A DNA stretch of 64,000 bases from Octopus vulgaris (Eukaryota): NCBI GenBank assembly GCA_951406725.2, contig OX597839.1, positions 806,001-870,000 on the forward strand, given 5' to 3'. Positions 35,091 to 47,623 of the stretch are shown in pieces; within the stretch, counting starts at the first letter, position 1, and each line of letters starts with the position of its first letter. The notes under the pieces are model-generated. The model was not told the origin of the DNA and ran no database searches. It was given only the letters and a program-made list of their open reading frames with translations. The position numbers and the translations under genes are program-made.

Positions 35091-35844
35091 ACCAGAGATT
35101 ATGTGACACATTACACTTCTATATTTAACTGTGTGTGCATAATTACTTAAAGTGAAAAAAATCGTATACAACAGATAAGTCGTCTTAATAACATATTTCT
35201 GTGTACCGGACCTTTAGCTGTTATTTTTAGCATAACGAGTTTTCTGGTGTGGGTTTCATTTGCCTTCATTGCCAGTTTGTTGTTTCAGTAGAAATCTACG
35301 GATACATAATCACTCAAAACAGAGGAAATGAAACAAATATGGACTTGTTCAGAAACACCTGCGAGTGAGGAACAGTTCTCAAAAATAGCCCCCAATTGTT
35401 TTCACCCAAAATTCCTATATCCTCGGAATCTACATAGTCCGAGGTATATTTGTAGAGAATTTCATAACAAAAAATAATATCCATTTCCTTGATAGTTAAG
35501 ACGAATTGAAGTGGATTTTGGTATGTATATTCGGAATCTGCATGATAGAACACATATTCGTAGACAATTCATTAAAAATATCCATTTTTATGAAAGTCAT
35601 CTCAAATCTGTAGTTATGCCTAGTTATTCGGGGCAGAAATCTGTAATTTTCCCTTTGAAACAAAGACGAAGAGATTTTATTATAAACTTTCGGAAAATAT
35701 GGTCTAAAAGACACAAAAAAATATTCCGTGAATCTTCTCAGCTGCAAATGCCTTTGTATCAATGATGTAAGCTTTTTCTTACATGTTTGCTGAATTCACA
35801 AACTGACTGGTGGGAATAAGATAACCAGTTAATTTTCATCTCTG

Positions 35845-35952
<108 letters not shown>

Positions 35953-36086
35953 GGAGTGGCTGTGTGGTAAGTAGCTTGCTTACCAACCACATGGTTCCGG
36001 GTTCAGTCCCACTGAACAACTATAGCCTCGGGCTGACCAAAGCCTTGTGACTAGATTTGGTAGACGGCAACTGAAAGAAGCCCATC

Positions 36087-36126
<40 letters not shown>

Positions 36127-36128
<2 letters not shown>

Positions 36129-36380
36129 TTTATTTAAAGCAGCAGAAAATTCAACAAAACCTGTTACTCTGAGTTTCCCGTTGCCGTTCATCGGACAGGT
36201 TTTGCTACAGTGGAGAAGGCTAGCCACTGGATTTGGCAAAAAAGACATGATGAGCGATGGCCAGAAGTATATTGAGTTCTTCATAACCAGCTGATTCTTG
36301 CAAAAACTACCCGATGTACGGCAACGGGAAACTCAGAGTATCAGGTTTTGTTGAATTTTCTGCTGCTTTAAATAAAGCAT
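36127..36380. repeat. Foldback element with ~65-bp arms
   Basis: ctttatttaaagcagcagaaaattcaacaaaacctg...catcgg and its reverse complement. Confidence 0.85.
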
Positions 36381-36449
36381 ATTACTCTACCACTGGTATT
36401 TGAGTACTCTTTTTCCACCTTGTTTCACATTTGTGTTTACTCCGGTATA

Positions 36450-36547
<98 letters not shown>

Positions 36548-37035
36548 CCGCTCAGTCGAAGTCGACTCTCAGTTACTCGATGGATCAGTGTCCTCCAGAC
36601 AGTTCTATCCTGGGCCGCTTCTTTCAGATTGGCTATGTCCATTCCGGTATCACTCTTGATGGTGTCAAGCCAGTGGGTTCTTGGTCGGCCTCTTCCTCTC
36701 TTGCCACTGACAATTCCGAGCATGATGTCCTTCTCCAGGGATTTTCTCCGCATAATATGACCAAAATATGCCAATCTATGCTTGGTGATCCTAGCTTCTA
36801 GCGACAGTTTCAGCTTGATGTGGTTAAGAACTTCTCCATTGGTGAACCTCACTGTCCATGGAATCCGTTAAAGTCTTCTCCAACACCAAAGCTCGAATGC
36901 ATTAATTCTCTTCTGGTCAGCTTTCTTTAGTGTCCAGGTCTCGCATCCATATGTTGTTATTGGGAAGACAATTGCATTCACCAATCTGCATTTGGTAGTG
37001 AGTCTAATGTCTCTACTCTTCCAGACCCTGCTCAT
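36548..37035 (-). mobile_element. RTE/BovB-like LINE 3' fragment
   Basis: TYGCETWTLKKADQKRINAFELWCWRRL; YFGHIMRR..LEKDIMLG...RGRPRTHWLD. Confidence 0.9.
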
Positions 37036-37121
37036 GCATAGTTTCTGCAATCTTTTATAAATCAAAGTAAAATAATTCCAATTTATATCTGGCGCTGCTT
37101 CGTCAGTTGGATGCCAGGGAT

Positions 37122-37308
37122 CGAACATATAGACACGAAGCGATAAGTAACATGCCACGTGTCTATATGCTATAACTTTTCGAATCCACTGCGCAAAAAT
37201 CGGCAATTTATTTACTGCCGGTTAGTTCCGCATGTGTGCGGTGGATTCGAAAAGTTATAGCATATAGACACGTGGCATGTTACTTATCGCTTCGTGTCTA
37301 TATGTTCG
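37122..37308. repeat. Palindrome with ~68-bp perfect arms
   Basis: cgaacatatagacacg...ttttcgaatccac / gtggattcgaaaa...cgtgtctatatgttcg. Confidence 0.9.
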
Positions 37309-38100
37309 CGCGCGTCTGTAATTACCTACATGTTTTCACATACCACTAAATCGAAGGAAATCTACTCCCTCTTTAGTGACATCCGATCTTATGAATAAGA
37401 TGAAAACGACAGGTCTCCTCTCTAAATTGTCCAAAATTTAAAGAATTTTTATTTTAATAACTCATTCTCGAATTGCCCACTTTCTCTATTGGTATACTAA
37501 ACATTGTTTACAAAATGTATACACATTCAGCATAACCCTATGCATACCTCACAAAAATATTGCAATGCCCCACCAGAATATTACCATTCCCCACCGGTGG
37601 AGCATGTGCCCCACGTTGGGAATCACGACTCAGGAGGATGTGACATAGTAAGTAAAAGATCATTAAAACCAGGTCCAGTTGAGAAAGTTAGATAACCTCA
37701 AGAATCAAGATTCCTTCAGAGATGACATGCCATTAAGATAAAAGACAAGCTTATTGTCTGAGATAAAAGGACAGGCTGTAGACACGTATTTCTACCTTAA
37801 TAGGCATCCTCGTATCTTCAGACAGTAAGTGTGATTTTATTTTTTAATGACATGTCAGCTTTGGAGAATGACTTGTTTTTTTTTATATCGAAGTAATATT
37901 TCTTACTTACCTCCTTACTATGACATATCCTCCTAAACAGAAATAATTTTAAGGAATCAAAAATGAATGTTGCCTGGAAAGTGATACACTTGTATTTGCG
38001 TGTGTAGATGTGTGTATGTATGTGTATATGGGTGTGTATATGTGTGTGTATATGTGTGTGCATATATACATGCATTTTATTTTGTTTTTATTTGTTTCAG

Positions 38101-38202
38101 AGTGAAGAATTTTCTAAAGGTGATAGTGTCAAGATAATTGAAGATATTCAAAGAGTTAAAGAATATCAGGATGGACATGAGTGATATACCAAATTGGAAA
38201 GA
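38101..38202 (+). pseudogene. Exon 4 of MIB-like gene copy A: first half of Mib repeat 2, with in-frame TGA
   Basis: Long polypyrimidine tract + tttcAG|102 nt|GTgagt, phase 0/0. SEEFSKGDSVKIIEDIQRVKEYQDGHE*YTKLER resembles FxxGDxVxIxxDxxRVKxxQxGHGEW; TGA at 38182-38184 sits at the expected Trp. Confidence 0.75.
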
Positions 38203-38376
38203 GTGAGTATATGTCTGGAATCATGTAGACTTTGCCCTGATCCAGATATTACATAATAATTGGAGTTCTGTTTGACCATTTTGGATTTTATTCACGACAG
38301 TCACAGGCGGAACATACAGACATAACATACTATCACACGCACGCACACATGTGCATATGTATACATTTATTAATTA

Positions 38377-38775
38377 ACTAGCAGTATCGCCCGGCGTTGC
38401 TCGGGTTTGTAAGGGAAATAATTATATAAGCATTTTTAGAGATGTAAAGTATAATAGCCATCTCAATATGGCTAACCACAAAGGGGGAGGGGTGTTACTG
38501 TAGCTTTTTACGTTCTGAGATTTAATAATAAATTTTAGAGAGTTACTTCCCTTATATATGTCAAAAATGGATTAAAAATGGGAAAAATTGATGGTAATTT
38601 TTTTTTTAAATCGTAGACTCATCGTAGACGCGCGCTAATACCCAGACGGTCTCGATATGAATCACGACTATAAGATACCCGCTTTTGGTTAAACTGCACC
38701 GCAAAATGTGGGAGTAGTTAGGAATCTAAATCGTAGGAGACAGACACACAACCTCACTTTTATATATAAAGATTT
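38377..38775 (+). mobile_element. Helitron/Helentron-like non-autonomous element; reverse-orientation copies ~32975-33345 and ~63095-63455, related 5' end at 45742
   Basis: 5' ACTAGC with cccggcgttgctcggg hairpin, 3' ttttatatataaagat; no coding capacity. Confidence 0.55.
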
Positions 38776-38835
38776 CCTCTATTTACATAATATTGAGGTC
38801 TCTTTCTTTCTTTTGTTATCTTACTGTTTTTAACA

Positions 38836-38868
<33 letters not shown>

Positions 38869-38944
38869 AATGTATAAATAGTTACAGAGATGTACTTGCA
38901 TAGCAAGTGACTTGATCTGAGATCGTGTGCTGGAACGAAAACAG

Positions 38945-39204
38945 TTGCAGCGTTGAAGGTGTTTATAAGCCATTTAAGAAACACACAAAAACCGTTAGAT
39001 TCACTTCAACATTTAAATTTAATTTGTCAAAATATTTTCGTCGCTTTGAGACCGCGACCTGTTAGCACGATATTTTTGTCAGTGAACAGGTCGCGGTCTC
39101 AAAGCGACGAAAATATTTTGGCAAATGAAATTTAAATGTTGAAGTGAATGTAACGGTTTTTGTGTGTTTCTTAAATGGCTTACAAACACCTTCCACGCTG
39201 CAAT
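38945..39204. repeat. Palindrome with ~118-bp arms and a ~21-nt loop
   Basis: ttgcagcgttgaagg...accgcgacctgtt / aacaggtcgcggt...ccttccacgctgcaa. Confidence 0.9.
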
Positions 39205-39519
39205 ATATATATACACACATATATATATATGTATGTATGCATGTATGTGTGTGTGTGTGCGTGTCTGTGCTTGTGATTGTCCTCCACCACTGCTTGACAA
39301 CGAATGTTGGTTTGTTTACATCCCTGTCACCTAGTGGAAACAGATAGAATAAGTACAATGCTTACAAAAATAAAACTGGAGTTGATTCATTAAACTACAA
39401 TTCTTCAAGGCATTGCCCCAGCATGGCCACAGACCAATGGCTGGAAAAAGCAGAAGAATAAAAGAATACATTCTCTGCTTTGGTCTTATGTTCAAGGCAT
39501 AAGAAAGCTTGAGTTTACA

Positions 39520-40120
39520 TGAGAAGGCCTAACAGACCTGGTAGAAACAGCAGCCAAATCTCTCTCAAATCACACCTTACTGTTTTATGTATGTATATAT
39601 ATATGAGCCAATGAGGGGCACCTCTACATGGTAGCTAGACCTGGTAGAAATAGCAGCCAAATTTCCCCCAAATCACACCTTACTGTCTTATCTATGTATA
39701 TATGTATGTATGAGCCTATGAGGGAGACCCCTACATGGCAGCTAGACCTGGTAGAAATAGCAGCCAAATTTCCCCCAAATCACACCTTACTGTCTTATCT
39801 ATGTATATATGTATGTATGAGCCTATGAGGGAGACCCCTACATGGCAGCTAGACCTGGTAGAAATAGCAGCCAAATTTCCCCCAAATCACACCTTACTGT
39901 CTTATCTATGTATATATGTATGTATGAGCCTATGAGGGAGACCCCTACATGGCAGCTAGACCTGGTAGAAATAGCAGCCAAATTTCCCCCAAATCACACC
40001 TTACTGTCTTATCTATGTATATATGTATGTATGAGCCTATGAGGGAGACCCCTACATGGCAGCTAGACATGGTAGAAATAGCAGCCAAATCTCCCTCAAA
40101 TCACACCTTACTGTCTTATC
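39520..40120. repeat. 107-bp minisatellite, ~5.5 copies
   Basis: ORF starts at 39628, 39735, 39842 and 39949 spaced exactly 107 bp; central units identical. Confidence 0.95.
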
Positions 40121-40212
40121 TTTCTGCTACTTATATTCGTCGTAAAAAACTTTCCTGTCACACACTCACGCACACGCACACACACACACACACACACACG
40201 CGCGCACCCTCA

Positions 40213-40249
<37 letters not shown>

Positions 40250-41739
40250 TCACACACACGCACGTTAGCTTACAATTTTATTTATATATTTGCGTGTCTG
40301 TGTTGAAAGAGGAAGTGGGAGGCAGAGTGAAAGAATCACTCACTACAGTAAGTAAATTACTTTCATTTTATTCGCTGCCCACTGTGTGTGTGCGTTTGCG
40401 TGTGGTGTAAACCAGACTAAGAAAAGCATTTGACACACACACCAGAATGTGAGTTTTCTGTAAATTTTGCTTAATTGGAGTTTAAATTTTAAAAACTGGA
40501 GCTGGCATGACGCGATGCATTGTACTCTTAAAATTGCTAGGTAAATTGTAATTGAAGAAATGCTATATTGTAGATTTGTATAACTCCCAAAGGGAGGCAG
40601 ATAAAATCTGCCTTTTATAATAAGAGATATATACCAACGCATAGCTATCTATCTATTTCTTTGTCTGTCTATCGGTTTGTCTGTCTGTCTTTTTCTGCCT
40701 ATCTTTCTATTATTCTATTATCTAAAATAAGAAGACACAGAAAACGTTAATTAGGCTAAAGATTTTTATAACCTGTGCCTGATTGGCATTCGATTGGCGA
40801 ATTAAAACAAAGAGATTGTCATGCTTCTTTGATATTTGCAGCAAGATCCCCACTCTGTATAATGGTCAAACACTAAATGTACTTGACCCAACAAAACGAA
40901 GGGGTCTTGACTATTATTCCGCAACCTCGTCGTGCATAGTTAGAAATATCGTTTTTTTTTCCATTATTTAATTTCCTTTGACTTTCTTAAACTTGATTAA
41001 AATTGCATATACTTTATGTTAAAATATTCTTTGTATTATAACCTTTATTTTATACAAGTTTTAGAGCATAATTAACTAGCGGAACCTACTGGTTTATTTT
41101 TGAAAACTTTATCCAAAAAGGCCTCTCTTGCATCTGTACTAAAAGATAGTCGATCATCTACTAATCATTGAAAAGTGAAAGAAATTGGAATAGGATGATT
41201 AAGCACTTTATATATACACATTATATACTTTATGCTCAATTTTATAGACTTGATATACAGCACACTCCCTCTTTCCCTTTCACTCTTCGCCTTACCCCCA
41301 TTTTCTCTAGCCCTTATCTTTCGTTCCTCGCCTTTCCCTTCAACTGATCACGTGAAAGCGTTACAGATGGGCTGAGTAACGAAGAGAAACATCTGAGTTA
41401 AATAAAATTACACATTTTACTCATCACCACCTCTCTTTCCCCAACTCATCTCCCTTATCCTCTTCTCCATTCACATCCCCTTCACTTCCAACCACTTTCC
41501 GTTTCCTTCCCCTCAATTAATCACGTGGAAGCGTTACCGAGAGGTTAAGTAAGGGAGTGACAAGAAGAATTATAAGATTATTATAATTAACAGAATCTTT
41601 TAACATTACTTACTCAAGATCTTCTTCATATTCACATTTTGCTCGGCTTTCTTCTATGTACACTCAGAAGCAAGCTAATAGTTAAGGAGTGAAATTTAGG
41701 ATTTCTCGGTTTTCTGTAAATCGATTTTGCTAAAACTTT

Positions 41740-43022
41740 TCTCAGCTGGTTTGTGCACTATAGCAACACCACTGTTATGTTTTCATCATTCTGTGTAACG
41801 TCCTTTCTTTTATATTTCAGATTCTTCAGTTTTGGGGTGAACGTAGCTAATAACTTTTGAATGAAAATAGCCCACCTAGATATTTTTTCCAGTAAATGAA
41901 GAGTAATGATACATATTTAGCATACATTGTGTATATATTTAACCGAAAACCATAATAATATTATAAAATTTATTTGCATAATGTATTATTTAGCCACATG
42001 ATCACCATTTCGATGGATAACTTCAAAAGCTCTACTAGTCATGGAATCTGTTGATTCCTTAATAGTAGGTTGGACTGCCTCTGCAGCTTTGGTGGTCGCC
42101 CATAAAACATCTTTCGGTGTAAATTGGCGTCCATCGGGATAAACATCTTGCTTAATGATGGATCAAAGATTTTCGATAGGGTTGAGATCCGGAGATGCTA
42201 GCAACCACATCTTTCACCTTGTATGTTGCAAGATCCTAGAAATGTTTGGGGGGAGGGAGCGCCGTCATCATAAGTACGAGATTCCTTAGAAGTGAAAGCT
42301 GTATGTCATCTAGCCAGGGATCCAAGACCTCTTTCAGGAGATTGCGACTGGGACCACTTTAACTTCTACATGCCGCTGATTGGGCCAACAAGTCTGCCCC
42401 CATGATACCAGCCCACAACATGACTCCTCTACTCTTCCTTTTGACGTTGTGAACGTTAATGATGCTCATCTCCTAAAGGGACCCAACTGCTTGCCCAAGT
42501 ATCAGGTTCGTCAAAGGTCTTGGTTTTGTCAGTGAAAAGAAAAGAACTTATGTTTAATATCATGTAATTTTGGACCTATTGAAGCCTCACACTTCTGTGA
42601 GGAGGCAGTTTTAGGGTTTCTCACACGGAAGCCATGGTCCCGAGGGTGCGATTTCTGGTGGTTTTTGGTACATGAAGAAGTCCGGAGGCGATAAACCTAG
42701 CTTTGCTTGTTTGTCCAGGTTTCTTACGTAATTTGCGGTCAATATTCCTTGAATCCCTAGCTATCACAGTCTTGCAGGTTCCACAATCGGATAGTTTCTT
42801 CCTTAGCGCTCATGTGGCTAAATAATTCATTATGTCAATAAATGTTATAATATGATTATGGTTTTCAATGTATGCTTAATATTTATCATTACTCTTCGCT
42901 ATTTTCATTCAAAAACTGAAGAATCTGAAATAACAAAGAAAGAACGTTACACAGAATAATATAACAATTATTATAAAAATATAACAATGGTGTTGCCATA
43001 GTGTGCAAACTATCTGAGAAAA
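41740..43022 (-). mobile_element. Tc1-like transposon relic with terminal inverted repeats
   Basis: Inverted ctcagctggtttgtgcactatagcaacacca / tggtgttgccatagtgtgcaaactatctgag; internal VMLWAGI and SPDLNPIENL motifs on the minus strand. Confidence 0.8.
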
Positions 43023-44395
43023 AGTTTTATCAGAATTGATAAGATATTAACATGGTTCTGGGTGTATTATTATTTGAGATTGACTCATCAATTTGTTGGT
43101 TCAATCACGTTTACTGCGTGACCGATTTGGAGCATTGTACTTGCAATGTAAAAAATTATGCTTACAAATGGAATACTATAAGTGATACTAAAATCACTTT
43201 TTATAATGCCAGTTTTCCTTCCAAAAGGATGAGCATTGTTGCTTTGTTTTTAAGAAAAGTTAATTGAAATGAAATAACATGCTTAGATATATAACTATAA
43301 AATAAAAATTAAAAGTCAGTGTGGCATTTCCCCCAATTAAAACCAACAATCACCTTAACGTGGTATGGGGATGAACCAGAAATTGGGATGACCGTGGCAG
43401 TGGTGTTTGAATGATAATCTAAATGATATAATCTTAAAAACAAAAAAATTTGAATGGAAAATATTTCCTATTTTACAGAAAAAGGGTTCAACAAAATGTT
43501 CAAACTTTAAATTTTTCTTAAGAATATTGTTTTATAGAAAAAGGTTCAATAAAATGTCGAGCCTTCAAAAGTTAGAAACTAGAAGCGAAAAAACAGTTTA
43601 ATTGGCATTTTATTGTTCTCTTGTTCATTCTATCATTCACCTTCTTCCATCTTCTCTCTTCGAATAATTCATTATCCTTTCTTCCTGGACCTAACTTTGT
43701 TTCATGTTTCTCCTCTCTTCCTCTCCTCCTTTTTCTCTTATTTTTTTTATTTCATTACCTGTCTCCTTCCGTCCTTAATCCCCATTAAATGCTTCCATTT
43801 GTGCTTCCAAAAGGAATGATAGAGTTAATCTTCATTAGTTAATAAAAGGGGATTGAAGTGGTGATATTCCCCACCGTTTAAAAATAAGTTTTCTTTGCTA
43901 ATGAGATGCTCGTTTCAAAAACTGCAACAAAATGCCGATCATTTGTTTTTATATTTTTTCGATTCTACTTTCGATTTTGTGTTTTCGATTCTAGAAAGCA
44001 CAACATTTTAATAAAACTTTTTCTGTAAAAAAAAAAGCAATTTAAAAAAATTAAACACTTTTCTGGAAAACAGGAAATTTAACAGGTGTAAGTAATCAAT
44101 ACATAAAGTAGAATGCATGTATCACATTAGAAACCTGTTATATTATAAGCTTGAGTTTCACGTAACCGACTGTTAAAACGATGATCGAAGAGCAGCAACT
44201 TACAAAATATAAATGAAATATGACCAAAGAAAGTGATTTTAATTCATTGTTCATTAGTTATGTATAGAAGAGAAATATTTTCCCTTTAAACTTTACCTAT
44301 ATTTTTCTTGGCTGTTTGGCCTCATTTACTAAATTTGTTGCTATATTTTTACGCTTTTGCCACATTTTATCCTTATATATTTATTTTGTTTGTAG

Positions 44396-44436
44396 ATGTT
44401 ACGTCAGCGATGATAGTGATAGTGACAGTGCCTCTG
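44396..44436 (+). other. Candidate 41-nt mini-exon (acidic Ser/Asp linker) of copy A
   Basis: T-rich tract + tgtAG|...|GTaagt; one frame reads CYVSDDSDSDSAS. No domain match recognised. Confidence 0.4.
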
Positions 44437-44962
44437 GTAAGTTTTAACAATTTTACTACACTCCAACCACATTTACAAACTGAATAATTGTTATAATACT
44501 TATCTGAGACTATTGGGAGATAACAAATAAGATTCTTTCGGTATAGCTCTGTGTCACCATTGGAGTGAGGGTTTATAGGCTGGCACATTCTGAAATTCAT
44601 AAATAAATTTTTTTACAAGTTATTGTAAGATGAGATCAGGTGACGAGCAGGCAAAGTCGTTACATGTCGTACAAAATACATAGCGACATTTCTTCTGAAT
44701 CTTTATTTTCTCAATTGTACGCTACCGACGTCGACTTTACTTTTCATCATTTCTCGGCCTATAAAATAAGTGACAGATGGTCATTAAGGTCGATGAAAGG
44801 TCCCGTCCTTCGACTTGATGTCTGCTTACACATGTGTCCCCATATACACACATACACACACGCAAACGCGCGCGCACACACACGCATACGCGCGCGCACA
44901 CACGCATACGCGCGCGCACACACGCATACGCGCGCGCACACACACGCATACGCGCGCTCACA

Positions 44963-44996
<34 letters not shown>

Positions 44997-45007
44997 TATA
45001 TATATAC

Positions 45008-45059
<52 letters not shown>

Positions 45060-45222
45060 GGCATAGGAGTGGGTGTGTGGTAAGTAGCTTGCTTATGAAC
45101 CACATTGTTCCGGGTTTAGTCCCACAAGGTGGCAACTTGGGCAAGTGTCTTCTGCTATAGCCTCGGGCCAACCAAAGCCTTGTGAGTGGATATGGTAGAC
45201 GGAAACTGAAAAAAGCCCGTCG

Positions 45223-45267
<45 letters not shown>

Positions 45268-46010
45268 CGTGTGTGTGTGTGTGAGCGCGCGCGCGCGTGT
45301 GTGTGTTTGTGTGTGTGTGTGTCTATACGTTTGTGTGTCTGTGTTTGTCTCCGCTACATCACTTGACAACCGGTTCGGCAAAAGAGAGAGATACAATAAG
45401 TACTTGGCTTACGAAGAATAAATCATGGGGTCTATTTTCTCAACTAAAGGCGGTGCTCCAGCATGGCCACAGTCATATGACTGAAACAAGTAAAAGAGTA
45501 AAGAGCGATATGTATAATATGAGATATTTTGGTATCCAGAAGACTCAAAAAGCAGGTAAGGCTAATGTAAGTGTTATGGAAGGACTGCTGTTAAGCCCCC
45601 AGTATTTTAAGAGCATAAGTAAGGAGTGTAAGGCAGACCGTGTGAGAGCATGTATATTTTAAATAATTACAAGTACTGAAGCTCTTTTAACTCGTCTGTG
45701 ATGATGGAATATCATTTCTAAGACTACCTATTTATTTATAAACTAGCAGTATCACCCGGCGTTGTGGTTTGTTTAGACCCTTCAGAATTGGAATTTTTGA
45801 AAAGTAAAAATTTGGCAGTATGTAGCTTGTTATTCTCTTTAAGAGAAATACACCGAAAAATGGTGACACGGCAATCAAAACATCGTAAAAAATAGGGATA
45901 TTCAAAGAAAAAAGGCACCTTTTTGACGTAAATAATTTATGGTGTTAACATGGTCCGACTTGAATTTTTTCTTCTACGGAAGAAGGAAGAGTTAGCCTTC
46001 GTCTATCATA

Positions 46011-46041
<31 letters not shown>

Positions 46042-46042
<1 letters not shown>

Positions 46043-47345
46043 CTAAAATATTAGGGAATAAATCCAAACTTACAGGGAAAAATCAAATTTAGGATTAAAT
46101 CCAATTTTATAGTATAAATATATTATATCATATTATATTATATTATATTATATTATATTAAATTAGAGATAAAACCACTATTAGGCAAATCAAACAATGA
46201 AAAACATAAGCCAATACATAAAATTAATTAATTTATATTATTTTAAAAATATATCAAAAGTATTATAAGTCTAATAAAGGATAAAGTGTAAAACACTACG
46301 ATCGTTTCATTGCTGTACAATTCGTAATAAATTCGAGTTATGGTTACAGTCAATCTTCAGGTGAATTGAAATATCTAAAACATAATCAGAAATATTTAAA
46401 CATTATTTTTAAGATATAAATAATATAATAATTTTACTTATAATAAACTCTATTATCAAACTAGAAACTTAAAACTTAACAATTATGATTATATCAAAAT
46501 CTACTATAATGTTAAAAATCAACTTTAATTTAATTGGTAGGAAACCCACCAATAATCTAATATCGGTATTAGTCTATATCTAATTACATAAACATTTAAA
46601 AATGACTAATATATATAAATTATCAATGAAAATATATAAGTGTATATAAATATTAAGATCTAAAATAATCTCTATAAATAAATATATATGCACATAAAAT
46701 AAAAACCTAATAAATTAAGTTTTCATATTTAAAGATGAAATAGCTAATTTCAAAATACAAATAAACAAACTTAAACGAACTTTCGGAAATCTTATGTAAA
46801 ATACTTATAGAAATAATCAATTCGTAGTAATATAGTATCGAATAAATACTATAAATATAATTATCAATGGGAATAACTAGCGAATATCAATTTAAAGAAA
46901 TAACTAAGTTATGCTATTAAATTAGACATGACCTGGACCAATCTTTAGTCGAAACATATCTAAGTTTATCAAAGTTTATATAATTTAATTATAAATTTAA
47001 AACTACAATTAATACTATTAAAACATGTATATACAAAAGCCTAACTTAATACACCTCGTATGCTTGCTATTAAATAACAAATCTATCGCTAAGTAGTATC
47101 TTACGAATAAATTTAAATTTAATATCTAATAATATAGAAAATTACGATAATTAGATCATTACATAAACAACGATATTTACATAAGGAAAATATTATTACA
47201 CCAAAGACTTATACAATATTAAAATTTACAATTTGAAGATCTTAAATATAAATAAATACTTATCTTAATTAATTTTATGTATTGGCTTATGTTTTTCATT
47301 GTTTGATTTGCCTAATAGTGGTTTTATCTCTAATTTAATATAATA
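46042..47345. mobile_element. AT-rich Penelope-like element with inverted ends; collapsed hairpin versions at 3245-3550 and 16968-17275
   Basis: agagataaaaccactattaggcaaatc... and its reverse complement; shares the agggaataaatccaaa...acagggaaaaatca leader with the 55980 element. Confidence 0.7.
46294..46363 (-). ncRNA. Type I hammerhead ribozyme with extended stem II
   Basis: CAC CUGAAGA uug(a)cugua...uacagcaau GAA AC-gauc-GU A GUG; palindrome ACGATCGT. Confidence 0.65.
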
Positions 47346-47350
47346 TAATA

Positions 47351-47387
<37 letters not shown>

Positions 47388-47389
47388 TC

Positions 47390-47623
47390 TACAGAATATA
47401 GAAATATACTGCGCAAAAACACTATTTCTAGATCAAATTATATCATACGTGTTGCCATAGTAGTCACACGCCCATGATAACTAAACGACCGCTACTAGTT
47501 AAAAGCAAAATCAATGCATGAAGAAGAAAACAGTAAGAAACAAACAACAAACTTTCAACCTCCGCCTCTTTCACTTTCTCTTTTTGTTATATCGCATCCT
47601 CATTCGTTGAAACACAGGTAAGT
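47390..47623 (+). promoter_or_regulatory. Putative promoter/first exon of MIB-like copy B
   Basis: TGCGCA, GTTGCCATAG (RFX X-box-like half site) and CACGCCC (Sp/KLF-like) motifs, followed by a consensus donor CAG|GTAAGT at 47617/47618; lies upstream of exon 2. Confidence 0.5.

Noticed and set aside
39520-40120. CRISPR-like array
   Set aside because: Head-to-tail identical units without unique spacers; eukaryotic context.
43052-43267. Possible missing exon for the second half of Mib repeat 2 (..ICWFNH..)
   Set aside because: No convincing splice sites or GxxGxV/GD motifs; I could not locate exon 5 of copy A.
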